Source of the DNA: Podarcis filfolensis
Lineage: Eukaryota
Reading direction: 5' to 3' (one strand)
DNA length: 64,000 nt
Assembly: GCA_964270895.1 (NCBI GenBank)
Contig: OZ185437.1
The notes beneath the pieces are model-generated. The model had not been told where the DNA came from and did not search any database. It saw nothing but the letters and a program-made list of their open reading frames with translations. Of the stretch, positions 35,101 through 47,915 are shown one piece after another (the first letter of the stretch is position 1; each line of letters starts with the position of its first letter). A program made the translations under genes and the position numbers.

Positions 35101-36944
35101 TAATTTAGCAGCTGCCGTATTATGATAAGGGTCTGGCTTGCCCTAAATGAAGGCACTAGCAGAATACATGGAACCCCTGGAGTTGACTGCACTGCCTTGG
35201 GGCCTCCCCTGGTGAGCTTCAGGTGATCCTGGTCCCCGCCCCCCAGTCAGACAAACTCCTGCGCACCATGTCCTCTAACCTCCCTCCATGATTCCTGGTG
35301 ATATCTAATAGGTGTAGGTGGCTATTAATACACATATTTGAAGGGCAGTCTTTTTCTTTTCTTTTTCGTAGATGCTGCCATTTCCCTGAAGCATTCCGGC
35401 CCCCCCCCCCATGGTGGAAACCACCTGATATTTAAATAGTCTTTTGCGCTTCCTGCTCCGCCAGTCAGCTGTAAAACACTGCCTCATTGACCATGTTTGA
35501 ATGGGTGTCATGCATACTTACTGTTCCTTGTCGGCAAACTTTCGAGGGTAACAGCCACCAAGATGTTGCCGTTCCTGTGCTTCCTGGTGTGTGACAAGGC
35601 GGTAGCCTGCAAATTGGAATTTACAAGCAAGCTGGCCAATCTGCCGCCCCCAGCCCCAGCCCGCTTTGATCCTCATATGCCTGCAATCTCCCATGGTAGG
35701 CATACCATTGCACACAATCTGATGATCCCCAGCGCAGCAGATGCAGTTCGGCAGGGACATCTAACAGTGTGTTAATTAAAGGGCTGATGAAGAACAAAGC
35801 AAACCTGCCTGCGCATCATGAGAAGTGCTGATTCTAGCAAATTGAAAGTTATATTCCATGGCCTATGAAGCAAACGCTCACAGTGGCCATGCTGGAACAC
35901 AAGCCAGACAACACAGCATTAATAGTGCTTCATCTTTCATGCCTTAATATCCCAACGGTCCTCTTTGCAAGAGGGAAAATATAGCGTTTGCAGATCAAAA
36001 TACGCTTGGAAACTAAACAAAGGAACCTGAAAAGAAGTATGGTAGATAGATCAGACAAAACGTCCATCTATTGCAGCTTCCTGAATGCCATGATCAACCA
36101 GGTGCCTCTTTGAAACCAAGGAGATAGGTCTTCTCCTGCTGTTGCTCCTCAGCAACTCGTTCCCTGCCTCTGACCATGGAAGTTCTATGTAGCCTCCATG
36201 ACTTTTCGTCTAACAGTGCAGCATACCTGTGCAAATGCTAAATATTTGCCTATTTTAAATAGGTAATGCTTTTAATATCGGGCCCTCTGATCTAGAGAGG
36301 GTCCAAGAACCGTCAGCCAACTGCACCTTTATCACAACCAGGTATATACACAAGGTCAGAGGATAATTTCACATGGCTGTTGTGCAACACCCATGGTTTT
36401 CTAAGTGAGCAAGCAACAGCCATGGACCTATGCAACTCCTCAAGCCAGCTTCCTCCTGTTGGTATGCAATGAATATATGATGTGCTGCGAGTCGGCTTTA
36501 CACTGGTCACTTCCGGATCATGGCACAATCGACCAGCACCATCTGCATCGTCGACCGGTGCAGTCACTACTCCAGTGTGTCGACTGCCAGAAGTGCCCGT
36601 GAGACACTCCTGCTTTCTACTCCTGTTCAAGAAACACCATCATCTGCACCTGTGTTGTGATACTATGTGCTGTAAGAATTGCCTCGCTGGGTGAGACCAG
36701 CGAGCACACTTTTCCAAGCAGGCAAGCCAGAGGTCCCAGGGAAGCTCACAAGGAAGGTGTGGGGATTACGACCATCTCATCATTTATTTGTCTTCAGAAA
36801 ACAAGACAGTATGCTGCCACTCAACAAGGAGGCAATTGATAAGGTATGTCCTCTATATTCTAATCTCACCTTTTTAACAAAATTACCTTCTGGTAATGAG
36901 TGTTGTAAGTTCATTCAGTGTTATGTGAGCACATCAACCGCTAT

Positions 36945-37208
36945 TATTTTTATTTTATTTTATTGCATTTTTTATTTTATTTTATTTTATTTTATTGCAT
37001 TTATATCTCACCTTTTCCTGCAAGGTAGCATACATAGTTCCCCCCTTCTGTAATTAAATCCCCACAACAACCTTGTGAGGTAGGTTAGGTTGAGAGGCAG
37101 TGACTGGCTCAAGGTCACTCAAGGAGCTTCCTGGCTGAGTAGGGATTTGAACCCTGGTCTCCCAAGTTTTAGTCTTGACACTCTAACCATTACACTACAC
37201 TGTCTCTT
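36945..37208 (-). mobile_element. CORE/MIR-like (Squam3-type) SINE with (AAAAT)n tail
   Basis: cacaacaaccttgtgaggtagg...caaggtcac...ggatttgaacc. Confidence 0.75.
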
Positions 37209-37560
37209 TGTAAAAGCCTTTCTTTGCAAGGAAGCGGCTCCAACCTCTTCACCATGCAGCTGTCTCTTCTGCATACTTTGCCCAGCTCTAGGATATTCTC
37301 TTTGGCAACCAAAACGTTACATATGTTGGAATTAACACCGGGCACCGTTTTGTGCATCACGTTGAAGTCTCTGCAGAAAGCTCAATGTGGTATCTGCCAC
37401 CCTGTGGGGAGCCATATGTGTGTGAACTAGCTCATTGTGTAGCAGCAAGGATCATTTCGGCACTGGTTCAAAAGCACACAAAAGAAAAGTTCTTTTTTAA
37501 CTAGCATGGAGAAAACCGGCCCATGTGATGGAGCATTCCACACAAATGACTAACCACCAA

Positions 37561-37788
37561 AATGGCCCAGTGGCTAAGAGACGGAGCTGTGAATCAGGAA
37601 CTTATCAGTTCAGAGTTAATCTCTGCTGGGAAACTTACTGGGTAGCCAGCCACCCTCTCTCAGCTTCAACCCCCCATTCTCAAGGCGGGATAATAATCCT
37701 GGCCTGTCCTAAAGGGTTGCTGCAACAATTGCTAAGCTAATGAGTATGAAGTGTTTTGAACACTAAAGTGGTATAAATGCTAAGTATT
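37561..37788 (+). mobile_element. MIR-like SINE
   Basis: tRNA-like head (cagtggctaagag), degenerate CORE and tail. Confidence 0.55.
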
Positions 37789-38323
37789 AATATGATAACA
37801 GGTGCCAGATGGAGTGATTTTAAATCGTTTCCATGTGGTAACTGCAATGTGCAGACAGGCCCGAAGGCTTTGATTATGTAGAGGAAATAAATGCACCATG
37901 CATTACATAGCACTGACATGAGAGGGGTTGGGCTGGAAGCCAAGATCCCATTATAGCCAGGGCTATTAGTATGGCATACAGATTTGGTGTGGGACAGACT
38001 TCAGTTTCTTGAGAATCTCAGCCTCTGTGTTGCTGCAGGAAGCCACACACAGGTATATAAACATAATTGTATGCAAGCATGTGCACCCACCCACAACATC
38101 TCACTGTCTCCCCGTTGTGCAGATTATTTACCATTCACCTCGCTGGGGTGTGGGTTTCAGTCCAGGTCTACAAAAGGCTACTTAGGGTTGAGAAGGCAGA
38201 AATGTTGGGTGCTGCAGAGCCACTGATTCTTCACCACCAACACACCAATGATGTTGCAAAATATATTGATTTCTAAAATTTTAAAATCTCCTGGTAGGCA
38301 ATGCAGATTTGGGATACAGGTGT

Positions 38324-38460
38324 CATGAGCGTAGCTGAGGTGTGTGTGTGTGTGCAGCTCTCCCCCTAAAATCAATAAAAATACTTAACTAACTGACCAA
38401 TTGCATTGCAGATAACTAGGTTCTTGCCCCCCCCCCAAATAAATTCTAGCTACACCCACG
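38324..38460. mobile_element. hAT MITE, same TIR type as 8078-8201
   Basis: 8-bp TSD ACAGGTGT. Confidence 0.85.
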
Positions 38461-39791
38461 ACAGGTGTCATGGATGAGGAGCTTGAAACAAGCCCCTCTG
38501 CACATCTTCAAAGGGATGGATCTTGTCCTAAGTTTAGCAGCTGATTTATGTCCTGCCAGCTGTTTGGGGATAAACCTTGTAGAAATATTACGGTTGTCTT
38601 TTGCACTTTGGGATAACCTGTGCGCACATTCCTTCCTGAAGCAGAAGTGTTTAAAATACAAAAACAAAACCCTGGTGTTGAGATCTTATGTTTGCTATTC
38701 TTAACCACTTGGTATCCAGAGATCCTTTTGTCTATGCATATAGGCATGAGGTCCTGTATGGAGGAAGGTGGGTGGGGTGGGGTGTCAGGCATGGCTTCGT
38801 ACTCCTCTCCAGCACCCATCCAAACCACTTGCAAAACCCAAACTGACTAGTGCCTTTGAATGCCAACCATGAGCAACCAGCCACTATGGTGCAGGCAAGC
38901 CCATTCCTCCCCTTTCTCTTAGGAGGGAGGGATTTGAGAGAAAGAGAAAAAAAATCACAAATGTCAGTCAAGAAATACTGCAACGAAAATGGACCCTCCA
39001 CAGTCAGTCAACAGCCGGCCGCCTGTAGTTAAGCCCCGGCAGCGTTTTTGCAGCTTTCAGAGGTGGCTGTTGGCAGTGTCGCTTTTGCAGCAGCAGCGGC
39101 GGCAGCGGCTCCAGGAGCGCTGAGCTTTTCCTCTTTGCAAGAAACTGCTTGGCCAAAATGAGGAGAAAGATATTGGCTGCAAGCCTCGCGGAGGCTCCTC
39201 CCCGAGCCAGGATCCTGAGGTTTTTGGAGGATTTCTTTTAACTCCGTGGCGAACCTTGGCGAAGGAAACAAGTTGCCACACACCACCACCAAGTAGCAAC
39301 GGGGAGAAAACGCTGCCTCTCCAGCAACACCCAGCCAGTCCTCCGCTCCTCTCCCTCTCTCTCCTTTTGCTAAAAATCTACCTTGGATGCGATTGTTCCT
39401 TTTTAGTTGTGCAGGGAAACTGGCGCTGTCTGCTTAGACTGGGGAACGCCGATCCCTTGGATTTCTGCACACACACAAACGCACAGAGTGGGAATAAACG
39501 AGAGAGAGAAGACAATGAGGGCAAACATGATCTGACGGGGGGGCGGAAAGATACAATCTCACCCTCTCTTGGGGCTCCGGCAGCGGTTTTTTCTTTTCTT
39601 TCTGGGATCGGGGATCTATTTTTATTGGTGGTGTTTTCTTTGGAAAGGCAGAGGGAGGGGGAAACCGACTTCAAGTGCGGAGCTGCTTCCAGCTGGTGCG
39701 TGAACCTTGCAGGATTGGGGAAAAAAAATCCCCCCTTGGATACAAATTTGCAGGAAATCCTGCCGCGGGCGCCGAGATCATCACCCTCACC

Positions 39792-39854
39792 ATGAATTCC
39801 GTGGCTGGGAATAAGGAGAGGATCGCGGTCAGCACCCGAAACAGGAAATATGGG
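39792..39854 (+). CDS. KIF26B: KIF26B coding exon 1 (MNSVAGNKERIAVSTRNRKYG)
   Basis: Kozak caccATGa, perfect donor GGG|GTAAGT, 63 nt. Matches the recalled human N-terminus MNSVAGNKERLAVSTR. Confidence 0.95.
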
Positions 39855-40787
39855 GTAAGTTGCCCTTAAGTAAAGGGGAATGAGGGATGCTTGCAGAAAT
39901 AATAATTAAAAAAATCTACAGCGCTGGGCTTTCGCACAAAAGGGCTGCGAAAGGACACGGATCCCCGCCCCCCGATCAAGCCGGTCGCCTTCTGAAGAAG
40001 CGGCAGGGTGCCCCAAGCCAAAGGGGCAGCCGGGGGTGCCTTAACCAGTTCCGCCCCTGGGACGCGAAAGAGAGACGGGGCGCCTCTCTCGCTTCCTCCG
40101 CGGCTGCAGACGCCGAGCGCTTGGGCAGCAGCAGCAGCAGCCCATGGACTCTGCACTCCTTTAACTTTTGCAGCCTGGGGTTCCGCCTAGACAGGCGGCT
40201 CTGCGGGGCGAAACGTGCTTCGTGGATCTCTCCTCTCCTCCGCTGTATATAGAACACAGTAATCTGACTTCCGAGGGGCTTTGGCTCACGTACGAGAGGG
40301 GCGCGCGGGGGGATTGCCAGGGAGGGAGAGAGAGAGCGCTCCTTGGAGGGGGCTTGGATTGGAAAACGTGCGCGCACACACCCACCAATTCTGCAGGGAA
40401 AATCGATATCAGGTGGTGACTTTTTTTTTTAAAAAAAACCCAGCTTCTTGGAGACCAGAGGGGCGGGTGTGCCTGGAGGTCAAAGGTGCCAACTTGAATA
40501 AAATATGGGGGGGGGGGACAGGTGAGCCCCGCCCTGCATAATTGATCACACGATGTGGGGCATGCACATCGTTTGAATGGAAATGCACATCAACTTGGGG
40601 GCTCAGATATTTTATGGAGGGGGAGGGCGAAGGGACCTCGGCTCCTAGGAGTGGGCTCCTATGTCGGGAGGGGTGTTTTAGCTGATTGTTACATCTAACA
40701 TCTCCAGGAGCGACTTGGTTCCTATCAATGCAACTTCGCTGCCCTCCTTCCACGCCCCCCACTGATCTGCTTCCCTTCTCCACTCAG

Positions 40788-41189
40788 GTGAATGACCCCT
40801 GCTCTCCGACCAAACCCGCAGCTCCCTTCTCGCCCGAAAGCTGGTACCGGAAAGCTTACGAGGAATCCCGGGCCGGCAGCCGCCCAGCCCCGGAAGGAGC
40901 CGGCTCCATCCTGGGCTCGTCCGGCACCCCTTCCCCGGGATCGGGCACGTCGTCGCCGGGCTCCTTCACCGGGTCGCCGGGCCCCGCTTCCCCGGGGATC
41001 GGCAACAGCTCTCCCGGGTCGCTGGGGGGCTCGCCGGGCTTCGGCACGGGGTCTCCGGGCTCCGGCAGCGGAGGGGGCTCCTCCCCGGGCTCCGACCGCG
41101 GCGTCTGGTGCGAGAACTGCAACGCCCGCTTGGTGGAGCTGAAGAGGCAAGCGCTCAAGCTGCTCCTGCCGGGGCCCTTCGGCAGCAAG
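40788..41189 (+). CDS. KIF26B: KIF26B coding exon 2 ([27 protein letters not shown]...[28 protein letters not shown])
   Basis: Branch-like actgat, pyrimidine tract and ctcag acceptor, donor AAG|GTGAGC, 402 nt in frame. Ser/Gly/Pro-rich tract and [17 protein letters not shown] motif of KIF26 proteins. No further exon recognised in the window. Confidence 0.97.
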
Positions 41190-42125
41190 GTGAGCCATTG
41201 AGCGCGTCGGTGGCCCGAGGGCCAGCAGGGCTTGAGTCTCCCACCCACACACGCGCGAACACGAGTGGAGAAAGCGTGAATTAACAAAGGAAGGCAGGAA
41301 GGAAGGAATCTCAGAGCAAGGAGACAGGATATTCGGGGAAAGGAAAGTGAGGGAGCAAGGAAAACGGGGGGGTATTGAAATCAGGGGATCAAACTCCACC
41401 CCCATTATTTGGGAGAAAGAGGTGATCTCCTTTAACCTGTGGCTGGGTAGTGAGACTCCCTTCCCGCATCCAGCGCAGCTCTGTGGCTGAGCCCCCCCTC
41501 CCCATCTCCAGACAAAAGACGTTTTTGACACGCTCAGCACAAAGTGAGAGGAAGCACCAACGGTGTAATCTTCTGTTTGTGTTGTACTGGTTTGTAATGA
41601 CGGCCTGCCTGCCTACGCGGCTTAAGGAGAGTTCGGTCTGAGTCAATAAATGCCTCTGACTAGTCAAATAATTAGTCCTGCAATATACCATTAATATGGT
41701 TCCCAAGGTTTGAAAGGAACCAGTGTTCGGGTCAAACTTCTGTTTTCTTTCTCTTCTTATCCATTTCCTTTTAAAGAAAATACCCAGCTCTTTATTAAAT
41801 CTCATATGTGCAGCTGCAAAAAAACATATTTCACATTTTGTTGTTTTTGTGATTGCTCAAAAATGTCAAGCCACATGTTAAGGGTACACCCTGGCAATCT
41901 CTCATGGGTGCACATCTTGTGATGCGATGGGCAATCCTCTGGAGGGAAATGGGTGGCCTTCTCCAAGGAGACCTGGCAATGAAAAGTAAAATGATCCAAA
42001 GCATAGGCTTGCAAGCTTGCTCTTTCTGTCCTCAGTGTTGAGAGGAGAGCCTCAGGCTACAAATCTTCTAGGTGTGTGCAGTTTCCTTGGAGGAAACCTT
42101 GGTTAATGGTGCCTACTCCCAGGTT

Positions 42126-42333
42126 ACATAAGAATAGCCAGTGGCCCATCTAGTCCAGCATTCTGTTCTCCAGGGGCCAACCAGATACATCCGTGTGGGA
42201 AACCCTCAAGCACAACGCTCTCCACCTGAGGTTTCCAGCAGCTGGTGTTCAGAAGCATTGCTGCCTCTGATCATGGAGGCAACACATAGCCATCATGGCT
42301 ACCAGTCATTGATAGGCTTATCCTCCATGAATT
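42126..42333 (-). mobile_element. CR1 3' end
   Basis: acataagaatagcc..ggcccatctagtccagcattctgttctc. Confidence 0.75.
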
Positions 42334-42640
42334 AGGTTAGCTTGCCCCGGATTGCAGCCTGTCTTGGGGGATGAGTCCCATAGAACCCAGTGGTGCTGAA
42401 TGAACATGGATAGTAACTTCAGTGATGTCCAGTGGATAAAGAACTGGTCTGAGCTCGCAGTGGTCAATTCAGATTCTCATAATCTCCTCTGTATACAGCA
42501 GCTGTGTTTATGCTGACTCCCAGCCTGTAGCTGCTGTGGTGGTGCCAGTGTCATGGCAGCTTACCTGGACAGATCAAGGTACCTTGTAGGGAGGTTGGAG
42601 GAAGAACATGAGAATATCAGGAGCGTCTGTGGAATCAGAT

Positions 42641-42810
42641 GGTCTGTGTGGTCCAGCATCACAATGGCCAACTAGATGCCTGTGGGAAGCCTGCAGGCAT
42701 TATGTGGATACAACAGCACTCTGTCCACTTGTGATTCTCAGCAAATGGTATTTGGAGGCCCATGGCTTCTGACAGTAGAGATTGAACAAAGCCATTGTGG
42801 CTAGTAGCCA
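42641..42810 (-). mobile_element. CR1 3' end, older
   Basis: tggccaactagatgcctgtgggaagcctgcagg. Confidence 0.65.
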
Positions 42811-42905
42811 GGGCTAGTCTGGAGGGCATTCCCACAGTTCTGTCCCACCAATACTGGCTGCTACTGCCTTCCAGCCATAGCTGCTGCACACTAAAGCCAC
42901 CACAT

Positions 42906-43179
42906 CAGCACTGGCCCTACCATTGGGCAATGTGAGACAGTACTCTTAGATGACAGCTGCTGAGGGGTGAGGAGCAGGCAGAGAGCTGTGTGTGCCACAT
43001 GCTCTGCTCTGCACCCTCTAAGTTAGCCTGCTGCCCTCAAGGGCAGTGGAGGATAATGCCCTTATTGCCTGTGTACAGGCAAGATTCGGGTACCTGTCAG
43101 TTTGGCATTTGTCTGTGGAATGCGGAGGCACTATACCTTCCCCTTTGCTCAGGCAGCAAAATGTTTTGGGATGGCCCTG
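42906..43179. mobile_element. Degenerate MITE (CAGGGCCGGCCC-type ends)
   Basis: ctggccctaccatt...aggcagcaaaatgttttgggatggccctg. No TSD resolved. Confidence 0.5.
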
Positions 43180-46100
43180 CTCATGAGGAACCCTGGCCCC
43201 AGACTCTGCAATGGATTCTGAGATGCAAATGAAACACCAAGAGTTGCACCTAAAATTGCCATTTCAAACAAATGTTTTGGGTTCTTTGGTGTGTGGTGTG
43301 GACATTCACCATGAGTGAGCTAAGGGGAATAAACATAGACATTTCCATTGAGATTGGCGGTGGGAGCTCCTCCCATTATTGAATGCTGATCTAGTTAAAA
43401 AAAGAATTCTTCCATTCCAAATGAAAGAAGGGTTCTTACATAACCTTCTGCCTGACATGCTAGTTTTCTAAATGCAGTACAGTGTTTTATTGTATGAACA
43501 TTCTGTTGTATGAAGGAATAGCCATTTCTGTAAGCTCACCCCTCCAGTCATAGTGGTAGAGTCTAAACACAGGTTTACCATCTGCATGAGAACTGAGCCT
43601 TAGTTTGCCACCTATTAGATCACAGATGGGAATTCCAATCTTCTTGTCTTCATGGTATAATTGCGTAAGAACAATAGAGAGTGTGGAACACTTCATAAAT
43701 TAAATGTGAAATAAGTGTCAAAAAGCCATTTAATTTGATACCATTTTTGAGGTTTTGAAATTGCTGGATAAAATCATGCATTGAAAGGATATAATGTATT
43801 CTGTGCACACACTCCATGTTCATGCAGTTGAATTAAAATGCCTTATTCTCTCATTTTGTGTATTTTACACATCTGCGAGGTGTCCTCTGGTTTCATTTTA
43901 CTACCTGCATCTGGCAGTTGAAAAGGCTACTGTGCTCACTACTCATAGCAGAATTTGCTCAGTCTGGCATTTTCTTGAGTTTTTGCCTTTTAAATTACCC
44001 TACATTTACTTGGTACTCCCATCCCCTCCCTCATCTAAATCAAAGATTGGCTCCATAGCTCCTTCCTTTTAGTGCGCCTCCTCCATCATTTTGCTTCTCC
44101 TGCGTCCATGGGTATATGACATCATCTCTCCCCACTGTTTCCATTGCAGTCGCACAGCAGACCGCTGGCAGGTCTCTGTAGTTCTACCGAGAAGCATGCA
44201 CATTAAAGTGCCACTGGATGATCAAAGTTGCTCACATGCTATTTCATGTTTGTAGGAAGGAAAATGTGCCAGAAGAAAGCCTTGCCTTCCATTGTCAGCT
44301 CTGCAATATAGTGGCAGGAACTTCTGCAAAAAGTATGGTTGGTGATCTGGGATGTGGAAGAGGAATGGAAGTGTACAAAAAGTGTGAAACTAACCAAAGG
44401 GTCAAGGCACATCCATGGTTTATGGTGTAACCTGTAATATCTTATGCCGAGGGCATCACTGTTGTGAACAAGTCTGCATTTGTAACTTGGTTGAAGGGGT
44501 GTAACTCTATACTACATAGTCTTTATCTGAAGAAGTGCGACAAATGATGATGTCTTCTAGGAGTGACAGCTTCCATGACACACTTGGGTTTGTTCACAAG
44601 TTACGTTTCTGTTCTAATTTATTTCCTACAGTGCTTCCACATTGACACATCTGTGGTTCTCCTCCCTGAATGGTTATGACCATGGAAATTCCTTGGCTTT
44701 AACGGTTGCTGAGCTATAGTGAATACTTCACTGACCTGGCTTGCACTCTTAAGCTAAACCATGGCTTAGCATGAGCATGTGTGCTGCTTTCTGCCAGTAC
44801 TGTAGCTATGGGGGAGGAGAGTCGGGCTAGCTGGGTTTTTTTTGCCCTCGGTGAAGCCTCTAGAGGGGCTCCATTGAGGCTCCCGGCCTGTGCACATGGG
44901 TGTGTGTTTGTGTCAAACTGGGTTTTTAACCCGGGTGAAATAAAGCCTAGTTTTGTCCCTGTTTTTGCTTATGCATCCTGTGTCATCCAAACCTAGTCTC
45001 TTGGTTAAAATCTCTCCAGACTCTCCATGAGCTGTAACCCAGAACAAACTTTGGTTACAACTTGTGGTTGGTCTGGAGAAAGCTTAACCATGAGCCTGGG
45101 TGTAGATTACATTGAAAGCCAAACCTTGGCTTTACTGCACTCTTAACAAACTACAGTTCCAGGATTCTTTGGGGAAAAGTTACGAGCACTAATAGTGCTT
45201 TAAATGTGTGGTACGAATGTGGCCTAAGGCAGAAAATGCCATTCAGTATATAAAGAGGATCTTCCTCTCTCCACTGAATAGCCACTGCCAGGCCTCCTCT
45301 TCAGTGGCTGTGAGGCATACATTCCAGATCCAAGGCCATGATTTTAAGTGGGGAATGAGTCCTGGCACCTCTCTTCTTAGAAATTAAACACAGTGGGAAA
45401 CGGTTTCTGCAGCTTGGCCATATTGTCAGAATGACTTTACATGATTTATTTCACCTTTTTAACGTTGAGTTCTTTATTTGGATTGGATATCAAGATGTTT
45501 TGAGGTGAAATCTGGCAAAATCCTACAGCGGTTGAGCCACTCTTTGAAAGCAGTGTGGGAAGATTACCACATATATTGCATAAAAAAGTTAACAGTCCCG
45601 AAAGCTCTGTCAGAGGCTTTTGAGTTGACGTGTTAAAAGAATTGTAAGCGTCTCTCTCTTCCATGGTAACCCTGTGGATGTTGGAGAGCCAGTGGGTTGC
45701 ATGAATGTGACACAATGCCATTCAATTTGCACTGTCAGGCCCAAGTGTTATCAAATGGTAATATTTACTCTTCTACTTCAAAGAGGGCTTGGTTTTCTTC
45801 TTCTGTGGTTTGGATCAAGAGGTATCAAGTGAAAACACTGATTGCTGTTGAAGGGTCTCTAGCACCGGTTTGCTGAATTGCATTTATCACTATTTATTTA
45901 TGGTGCTCTTTGAATTAAAATATGGATGGTCCTAAAGGACTGACTGAGTTGAATCCTCCGTTTGCATAATGTATGCGGTTATATGAGTTGCTCGCTGCTA
46001 AAACAGTTATTCCAAGTGTGCAAAAATTAAATTAAAAGGCTGAATCATAAATAAATGGTTCCACAAATCACGTGTTTTTGATAGCAGTAGTAAGTTTGTG

Positions 46101-47163
46101 GTTTTACAATCATTGGTAACCTTTTTTAAATTCTGTCCCAGAACTGGTGACATATCCCACTGGGTGTTGCAAGTGGAGTGCAACTGAATATTAAAAATGC
46201 CTGAGGTATTCCTTAGTTTTGGAACTTCTTGACATTATATTTGTTGGGCATTGCTGAAAACAAAGGAAATGGAAAATACGTTGCCCGAGGGCAATATGCA
46301 ATAGATTGTTAAAGCTGCTTGCAGGTAATTTGGCTAGACCAGCCTGAGTTCTCACACAAATGGTGCTGGATTTTCCTAACTGCTAAGTTATGTGACAGGC
46401 AGGTTTCTGAACTGCATTGTGGTGGTAATCAATCATTTTATTTGTATGCCACCTTTCCAAAGCTACAGCGTAGTAGCTTAAGGCAGCTTACAACATAGCA
46501 AAAACTACACATGTCCAAACACAACAAAAGTCGCCACAAACAAAAAGCATCAAAAAGTACACAACCAAACAGAACAATTTCCAGATAAATCATAAGATCC
46601 AAAATAGAGACACGAAACCTTAAAGCAGCAACAGCAACAAACTTCCCAGCCCAAGATTGTGTTCAGCAACTCTCAGCTTCTGTTTTTGAAACCAGTCAGG
46701 GCTCCATCCTCCCAGGCCAGGTGGAGAAAAGCTTGCAAGGCAGGGGAGCAGGTCTTCCAGGACTCATAGCCAATATGGTCTGCCCTCTTCTCGACTCCAT
46801 GAAGTGGTGTTTGTGAGGAATCTGTCACTGATAAAAACACCAGGACTTATCATATGAGCTGGAACTAGCTGCTGCAGTGCAAGAGGGAAGCAAAAAGATG
46901 ACCGTGAAAGGCGCTTTTTACATGTACAGTCAAAACAACAGTCCAACAGCAGTGCCTCATAGTGCCATAGGTCTTGAAATGACTCGAATATTGAAGACCT
47001 CGGTCTTCTCACCAAAGGAACCCCCCCACCCAATATTGTACACCATCCCTCCTCCAAAATTAATCAACATATTCCAGAGCCTATAGCAATGGGTCTCCAG
47101 CTTTGGTTCATGAGGAACGGCGTCTTTTTTCTTTGTTGCTCTCCTTTTGCGCTGAACTTAGGC

Positions 47164-47299
47164 CAGGCATAGGCGAACTCGGCCCTCCAGATGTTTTAGG
47201 ACTACAACTCCTATCATCCCTAGCTAACAGGACCAGTGGTCAGGGATGATGGGAGTTGTAGTTCCAAAACATCTGTAGGGCTGAGTTTGCCTATGCCTG
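47164..47299. mobile_element. Palindromic hAT MITE, same family as 302-439
   Basis: TIR CAGGCATAGGC..., 8-bp TSD ACTTAGGC. Confidence 0.92.
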
Positions 47300-47562
47300 A
47301 CTTAGGCATTGACTAATGTTGCTGTCAGTGCCCACCCAACTCCATATTTCCTGCAAAATGGGGATGCCTCTCTGTTAGGGATGCCCACAAGATCCCATAT
47401 AAGCTCTCCTTTTTCTGGACCAAGAAAATGGCTGGACTGGTGCTTCAGTAGCAGAAATTCAGAGAGGAGGGTTCGTTTTGGGTGTGTGTGCACACAATAG
47501 GTATACAGAATATAGCTGTAGACCTTATTTTTAAATGCAGTAACTGAAACTCATGTCTTACT

Positions 47563-47915
47563 AAAAGGTAAAGGTACCCCTCACCATTAAGTCCAGTCGC
47601 AGACGACTCTGGGGTTGCAGTGCTCATCTCACTCTATAGGCCGAGGGAGCTGGCGTTTGTCCGCAGACAGCTTCTGGGTCATGTGGCCAGCATGACTAAG
47701 CCGCTTCTGGTGAACCAGAGCAGCGCACAGAAATGCTGTTTACCTTCCCGCTGGAGCAGTACCTATTTATCTACTTGCACTTGACGTGCTTTCGAACTGC
47801 TAGGTGGGCAGGAGCTGGGACCGAACAACGGGAGCTCACGGGGATTCCAACCGCCGACCTTCTGATCGGCAAGCCCTAGGCTCAGTGGTTTAGACCACAG
47901 CGCCATCCGTGTCCC
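47563..47915 (-). mobile_element. Sauria SINE (Squam1)
   Basis: Full head and tail recognisable. Confidence 0.93.

Larger units (their letters stand above)
38990..41300. promoter_or_regulatory. CpG island covering KIF26B promoter, 5'UTR and exons 1-2
   Basis: High GC and CpG density. Boundaries approximate. Confidence 0.85.

Noticed and set aside
39029-41540. Cluster of long overlapping ORFs, e.g. 40725-41540(-) 271 aa and 39976-40377(-)
   Set aside because: Shadows of the KIF26B CpG island and exon 2. Low-complexity Arg/Ala/Pro content.
44527-44550. CTGAAGAAGTG resembling the hammerhead start, also CTGATGA at 35784
   Set aside because: No stem II followed by GAAA, and no stem I complement.
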